64,000 nt of DNA, from contig JACQXK010000038.1 of the NCBI GenBank assembly GCA_016208765.1, positions 14,955-78,954 on the forward strand. The letters run 5' to 3'. The DNA comes from Candidatus Omnitrophota bacterium. GTDB lineage: Bacteria; Omnitrophota; Gorgyraeia; Gygaellales; Profunditerraquicolaceae. Below, piece after piece: positions 63,201 to 64,000 of this stretch; the stretch's first letter is position 1, and each line of letters starts with the position of its first letter. The position numbers were made by a program, and so were the translations under genes. Under the pieces are notes generated by a model that did no database searches, was not told the DNA's origin, and worked only from the letters and a program-made list of their open reading frames with translations.

Positions 63201-64000
63201 AGCTTTTAAGTCCGGACGTTCATTTATAGCTATAAAAATACACCGTTTAAATTGACGTTTTAATTCTTCCAAAGATTTATCTAAGGTATCAACAGATTCC
63301 ATACGCCCATATTTATTTCCAAATTCAAGTTTATAATGGTCGGGGTATCCAGTAATAAGAACTTCTCGTCCTGCAAAAGCTATCGTTTCAAGTTCTTTAT
63401 CCACTGATGGCGAAGGCATTGTCGCAAGATCAAGATGAGTCTTGTTTCCTCGTTTCTTCATTAGCCAATCTATCTCGGATAATACAGAAGGGTCATTTTT
63501 ATAAGCCACTCTTAACGATAAGAGCGCTTCTTTGTCTCCTTCGTTTTGCAAAGTCTCCAAAGTTTTAGTCCAGTGATCAGAATGAGGATTAAAACAATTG
63601 ATTCCTTTCTTTCTCAGGGCTTCTTTATAGGCAATTTGCATATGCGGATTGTTTTCCCACCCCCAAAATTTATAATCAGGCAAATTATTTAACCCTGTTA
63701 AAGCCTTAAGATAGTCTTCAATGCTTGTTAAATCATTGTTCTCAACATAAAAAATTCTAGCTGTATCTGGTAGCGTAACATCGCCTAAGAAAAATGTATC
63801 GGTTTCATTAGCGCTTAAAAGATTGTTTTCTGTATTAGCCAAAACATCCCCAGCTGGAACAACAATAACATAGTTCATACCTGTCCAATCTCCTCCCATA
63901 GACAAAGTATTAACGTAATTATTAACTGAAAAATGTATTGTTTCTCTCCCCGGCTCACGATTAGGTATTAATTTCCCATTCTTTGGAAGCGCCTCGGCAT
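54216..64000 (-). CDS. Giant multidomain protein C, N-terminally partial (at least 3,260 aa; ORF is open to the window end)
   Basis: Track ORF 54216..63905 starts at an internal TTG. I translated 63906-64000 in frame (…EALPKNGKLIPNREPGRETIHFSVNNYVNTLSMGGDW) and found no stop, so the N-terminus lies beyond the window. Confidence 0.85.
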   Translation of the reverse strand, partial: AEALPKNGKLIPNREPGRETIHFSVNNYVNTLSMGGDWTGMNYVIVVPAGDVLANTENNLLSANETDTFFLGDVTLPDTARIFYVENNDLTSIEDYLKALTGLNNLPDYKFWGWENNPHMQIAYKEALRKKGINCFNPHSDHWTKTLETLQNEGDKEALLSLRVAYKNDPSVLSEIDWLMKKRGNKTHLDLATMPSPSVDKELETIAFAGREVLITGYPDHYKLEFGNKYGRMESVDTLDKSLEELKRQFKRCIFIAINERPDLKACLEEKDKGYVELFVKKERIREHIFNELILLLRSFDAASSRKEYLSLIDSFADALSHFDFNLAYQEKEKIKARLFSQGVPLENEVIAEMDEFIKAYGEGSKEAEAHSGIIFAGRNSASSAAAPSLGDTFKHVSEPSLTKQNASSAIAPVKGTSASSAVGNYVNSSSPILSATDDPSIGPLLKDLYAGLLPRESARIELIVRGRNNTDYLLTILRDLERMFPEEYFPDHGLTVYSAITNILLQLADPPLRDGIIRIAVHSLLRLADDPNPDIRVKVVQTLAQMKDPAAFPVLIDLSGDENKSVREEVARAAVQIGWVRSPYSIKGLRQALRENAMRDRSVREYSEKNGFFAGNNILKNIVPQPAVLILLNLLRDDDPGVHQAALEGLIKYGGVDYVISLLIDRLNQKLGFQERTVIVKDLTNFGKPAVKPLIDALLKGVSSPIKEDAAEILVSIGEAAVPELISALENRDSGYENIGNVLIRIGNPALELLRDRLKDQKSPVRKDIIKIITKIDYRFSTPILVEILIRDKDYSVRSAAFRELTLPVLFRDQQTINAVLRALALENRESGVTRKPEAVRRDLEKVLQKLGYYNAKMPQPVEAITDQEITGPYNDGPEFNVPEFDESDNIQPINYNRVPTSQLFLTPRINLIKHLNKEKTSGLVSIFRIIAAGLIFGIITAGFPGLLDMEIKKFIEIPPPEFAQPPPQRGDVYIDVKPRDTLGHIAIKYYGNAKLAGQLARINRLRSMHRIKAGQQLRLPLEIRHVVRKGDTLWGIGRRYRISTGKIRALNAVVNDEGRFNLFSKIPDIRPGDKIIIGERNFASSAVNETKGRVVDSLLLESGFKAVVDNKQAHVRGITPDPRSIKNYCLSLQIRTPGGKRVVPRVLRVYLPMIRLDVEATIAQKKITFSEKNEQLLPSETLSILRNAQQENMLQLVEMRTEDEYNAVAGELGLNKEQFFEVMTQSSKIIFVSDWVGPNVKEFISVHQHSENLLREMGAFLGITLATLHNQEIIAGDTHLGQFVVRVENDKVSEVLRVDLNNVYSLNEVSEDNIETEYFELYRSLGKYSDIALRSFEKAYRATYSGSFASSAVKKKLAATGLLSLVAFVAALGIMPMNATALEGIKKTVGEVVGQQDFDNNEQEDIVYSDRLLGFVQRYAPGRVTKERLQQSIRISNEHAGLVEESIKYLADKLPEEPFLRNENNHFQVLFMKGIGMGDGTAFLQTKTTYNSGKTSFTTIIVVGWEWFSRLQGGRKERAMALAQHIAYMVIYSGSPDSKPRLEVEYQAHNLSLELLKSTNNSNLDIVSQKAVVDALDILIKSKEEVCRRLGIAEDDFKDVTCSNTVLIHQGNTIVLVVATLGDGKGKEKKISVNVVEGMISGTKKPQEEESVFPGPQVNPPAVEERIIELPLDSSLTPHAKSTVASSAIKQSANSSVAEGTESATITNILSGNHKMINFNRVIKRILLWAMLVIAPAILQGDGSVKPVADILKHFLDSKEFRLIIKENMESSIYYRDMMARSLKYDPAFRYRYFKEGRLEELKTSLSGYPLQASEVLSSFMQAEDILNVNLRESEFYRLLKYGSKPVFFFVFNKSTFQGLAFDRLSFFVEQKNGLLSDSRLDQELAETGCEGALGHDFKLEDMANFFTLAAQQGMSLNVIEERMKEELIKLGLLVRTGHTYIGAPDIAIVTYYQGAGKATVEHELNHAEYFINPDYRLELKKLWLSLSEANREFIKTFFSLYYDTGNEDLLIREFAAWFRDKEDTLVNYLEPLGGQVAISQKGDELYCLRPYYDAQGALTKECRRMINILNNQVLSVEPKIIELPLDSSLAPKDIDTVASSAVEDVSSCVRVSLMPHLNDLNGHYREAASKNLEIFLEKLKIPKGSVILNIGSGRNPLITKGWRVINVDANASLPAVEGCEIFKKDFFEDDFQDSLKERFGLQKGPVVVVFYNMWQFMNLYAPVNLGIGNENWNVWQYIAQAQEILGDNGYILFVDFMLPDIGARIEKRVPYVDELIADIYKNRKKEVERIIFENEKDNSPAAIAFKPKLSNVSSSAVGGSIREDYNKEIFTFTKISFNDLPEETQQILSLTGISERLVEFCGANKKIASPLFRIALPRLTKEVGMAFVTKHWDSLVEIAQSSGENAILLFANSLPVFYKAYGEHFMETNWNVLVELFKSSGEEAWVLCELGLVIFKELIVVKDDAEKTTKNLQRIGNGLVSLLMASGRESNNLFIDSLQVFVKEFGMEFFDRYFETLVEAGVLAKENAVDLFETAFPVLKDEIVVVGNSVQTKANLLRISNVFFGAERIGKENAQAELENLALILFNKLVDKLGRPDEAVGRDQIIAIGRIFKNALKLSGKKIKFVAYEFASLRAARGFIEALGLDSGTAEFSFLGDIQEKEVVEKEFPGYRAEKLVAPNKVQDDGRYIWIEFHDHRGVDKEVGASVSLPYFPFKHSMQEFVASEEAARIKKELNVGKRKIIVVGSPYYHEANAVAKAFDELYGNLPRQDRPLLIFAPREKWPGGLPETVASKIVEIRGTTTEKFVDMSEKDVLILYTTGELLKMFAIADLCIVGEDRNIFEPAGLVKPILYFPGDWLFNLSAKDFISRRKGALKFSLQNFKKLMADPAAAGARAFNTYIGFKNKYNQQAADTSAVLLLSQILNATRGNIKTERDNVNAGAGATASSAVEKYPPVININRDYSLSAGQEDVRLNVDKKQVKDLLLLLRMHLGDYILQNTTLSSDNVKELRDELNEIFGQPRYEINISGSNEDAWNAVNRFITIISKYAKEVRGEEIISQSDYGLITDEINLIREKSAKILGVNLTLQSPPKVVSLVDARKKKEAENIAMVNTEYPVSSSADKKGGIDMRVLPIVTQPGMLSPVTSHQSPVSRGGLNLLYSTDGSLAKEWQAIERMFNGGITPSAQRIKEYLSNCCAVNNFDQEIDKVISLMADILRKQEEECCATDTGLKQFLVALESEKTGEEFQSSLAGINFVSK
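54540..54568. repeat. (ACTGGTG)x4 perfect heptanucleotide tandem repeat inside gene C
   Basis: Encodes LSPVTSHQSPVS; paralogous to the array at 9403-9451 in gene A. Confidence 0.85.
55500..56000 (-). other. KdtA/WaaA-like (GT30) glycosyltransferase domain in protein C
   Basis: KRKIIVVGSPYYHEANAV...LPRQDRPLLIFAPREKWP (compare THEGEE...LILVPRHPERF) and ...IVGEDRNIFEPAGLVKPILYFP (compare GGHNPLEPAALGKPVIFGPH). First segment verified from nucleotides. Confidence 0.45.
57480..57580 (-). other. Methyltransferase-like motif I in protein C (KGSVILNIGSGRNPL...VINVD)
   Basis: Verified PKGSVILNIGS from nucleotides. Weaker than the motif set in protein A. Confidence 0.3.
58082..58140 (-). other. HExxH motif in protein C (KATVEHELNHAEYF)
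   Basis: Verified from nucleotides. Confidence 0.35.
60750..61080 (-). other. Two tandem LysM domains in protein C
   Basis: Verified YIDVKPRDTLGHIAIKYYG...AGQQLRLP and HVVRKGDTLWGIGRRYRISTGKIRALN...PGDKIIIG. Confidence 0.7.
61600..62500 (-). other. HEAT / PBS-lyase-like repeats in protein C
   Basis: ...DPNPDIRVKVVQTLAQMKDPAAFPVLIDLSGDENKSVREEVARAAVQIG... and further similar repeats. Confidence 0.5.

Overview
This 64-kb window is densely coding and every gene I can support lies on the minus strand. It has three parts. (i) 1..26769 is one uninterrupted minus-strand ORF (frame checked by hand at eight places; no stop-delimited piece appears in the ORF track). It is more than 8,900 codons long, starts at an ATG with an AAGGGGAGG Shine-Dalgarno sequence at 26769, and runs off the window at position 1. 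Read from the sequence, it has an N-terminal signal anchor, a peptidase-C39-like Cys/His domain, an HExxH motif, a class-I SAM-methyltransferase-like motif set, a polytopic membrane segment, a LysM domain and perfect internal direct repeats. (ii) Two further giant genes are present. Gene B (27546..35045) encodes a roughly 2,500-aa secreted protein. Gene C (54216 to beyond 64000) is at least 3,260 aa, with its N-terminus off the window, and carries HEAT repeats, two LysM domains, an HExxH motif, a methyltransferase-like motif and a KdtA/GT30-like glycosyltransferase domain. Genes A and C share short peptide motifs (SPVTSH[LQ]SPVS, encoded by a GGTGACT heptanucleotide array, and a recurring ASSAV motif). 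(iii) Between the giant genes, 36..53.5 kb holds a complete but atypical Tad/Flp pilus locus. It contains tadC, tadB, seven flp pilin paralogs (one 47-aa gene with a TTG start is missing from the ORF track), TadE/TadG-like pseudopilins, a 584-aa pseudopilin with about 75 cysteines, a TadZ(CpaE)-TadA(CpaF) fusion ATPase, a secretin with a TonB-C-like C-terminal domain, CpaB, a PpiC-type lipoprotein PPIase, a DUF192 protein and a 604-aa protein with an N-terminal HTH. No prepilin peptidase is present in the window. The main non-coding result is a regulatory module found in three copies: a near-consensus sigma70-like promoter (TTGACA/TTGAAA, 16-17 nt spacer, TATACT/TATATT) followed by a conserved leader of about 200 nt that ends in a hairpin plus U-tract just before the start codon. 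The copies sit upstream of giant gene A, giant gene B and the first flp pilin gene. The upstream regions of A and B are further duplicated as whole modules: a TTGGACA palindrome, an S-element, a GTCATTCCCGCG...CGCGGGAATGAC palindromic repeat, then promoter and leader. A 13-mer AGATTGGACATTT occurs about 7 times and brackets the promoter of the HTH-protein gene. A tRNA-Glu(CUC) and an intrinsic-terminator-like hairpin lie between the Tad locus and gene C. Giant ORFs next to a Tad pilus locus, with moderate GC, resemble what has been reported for Omnitrophota-like uncultivated bacteria. That taxonomic guess is inference only.
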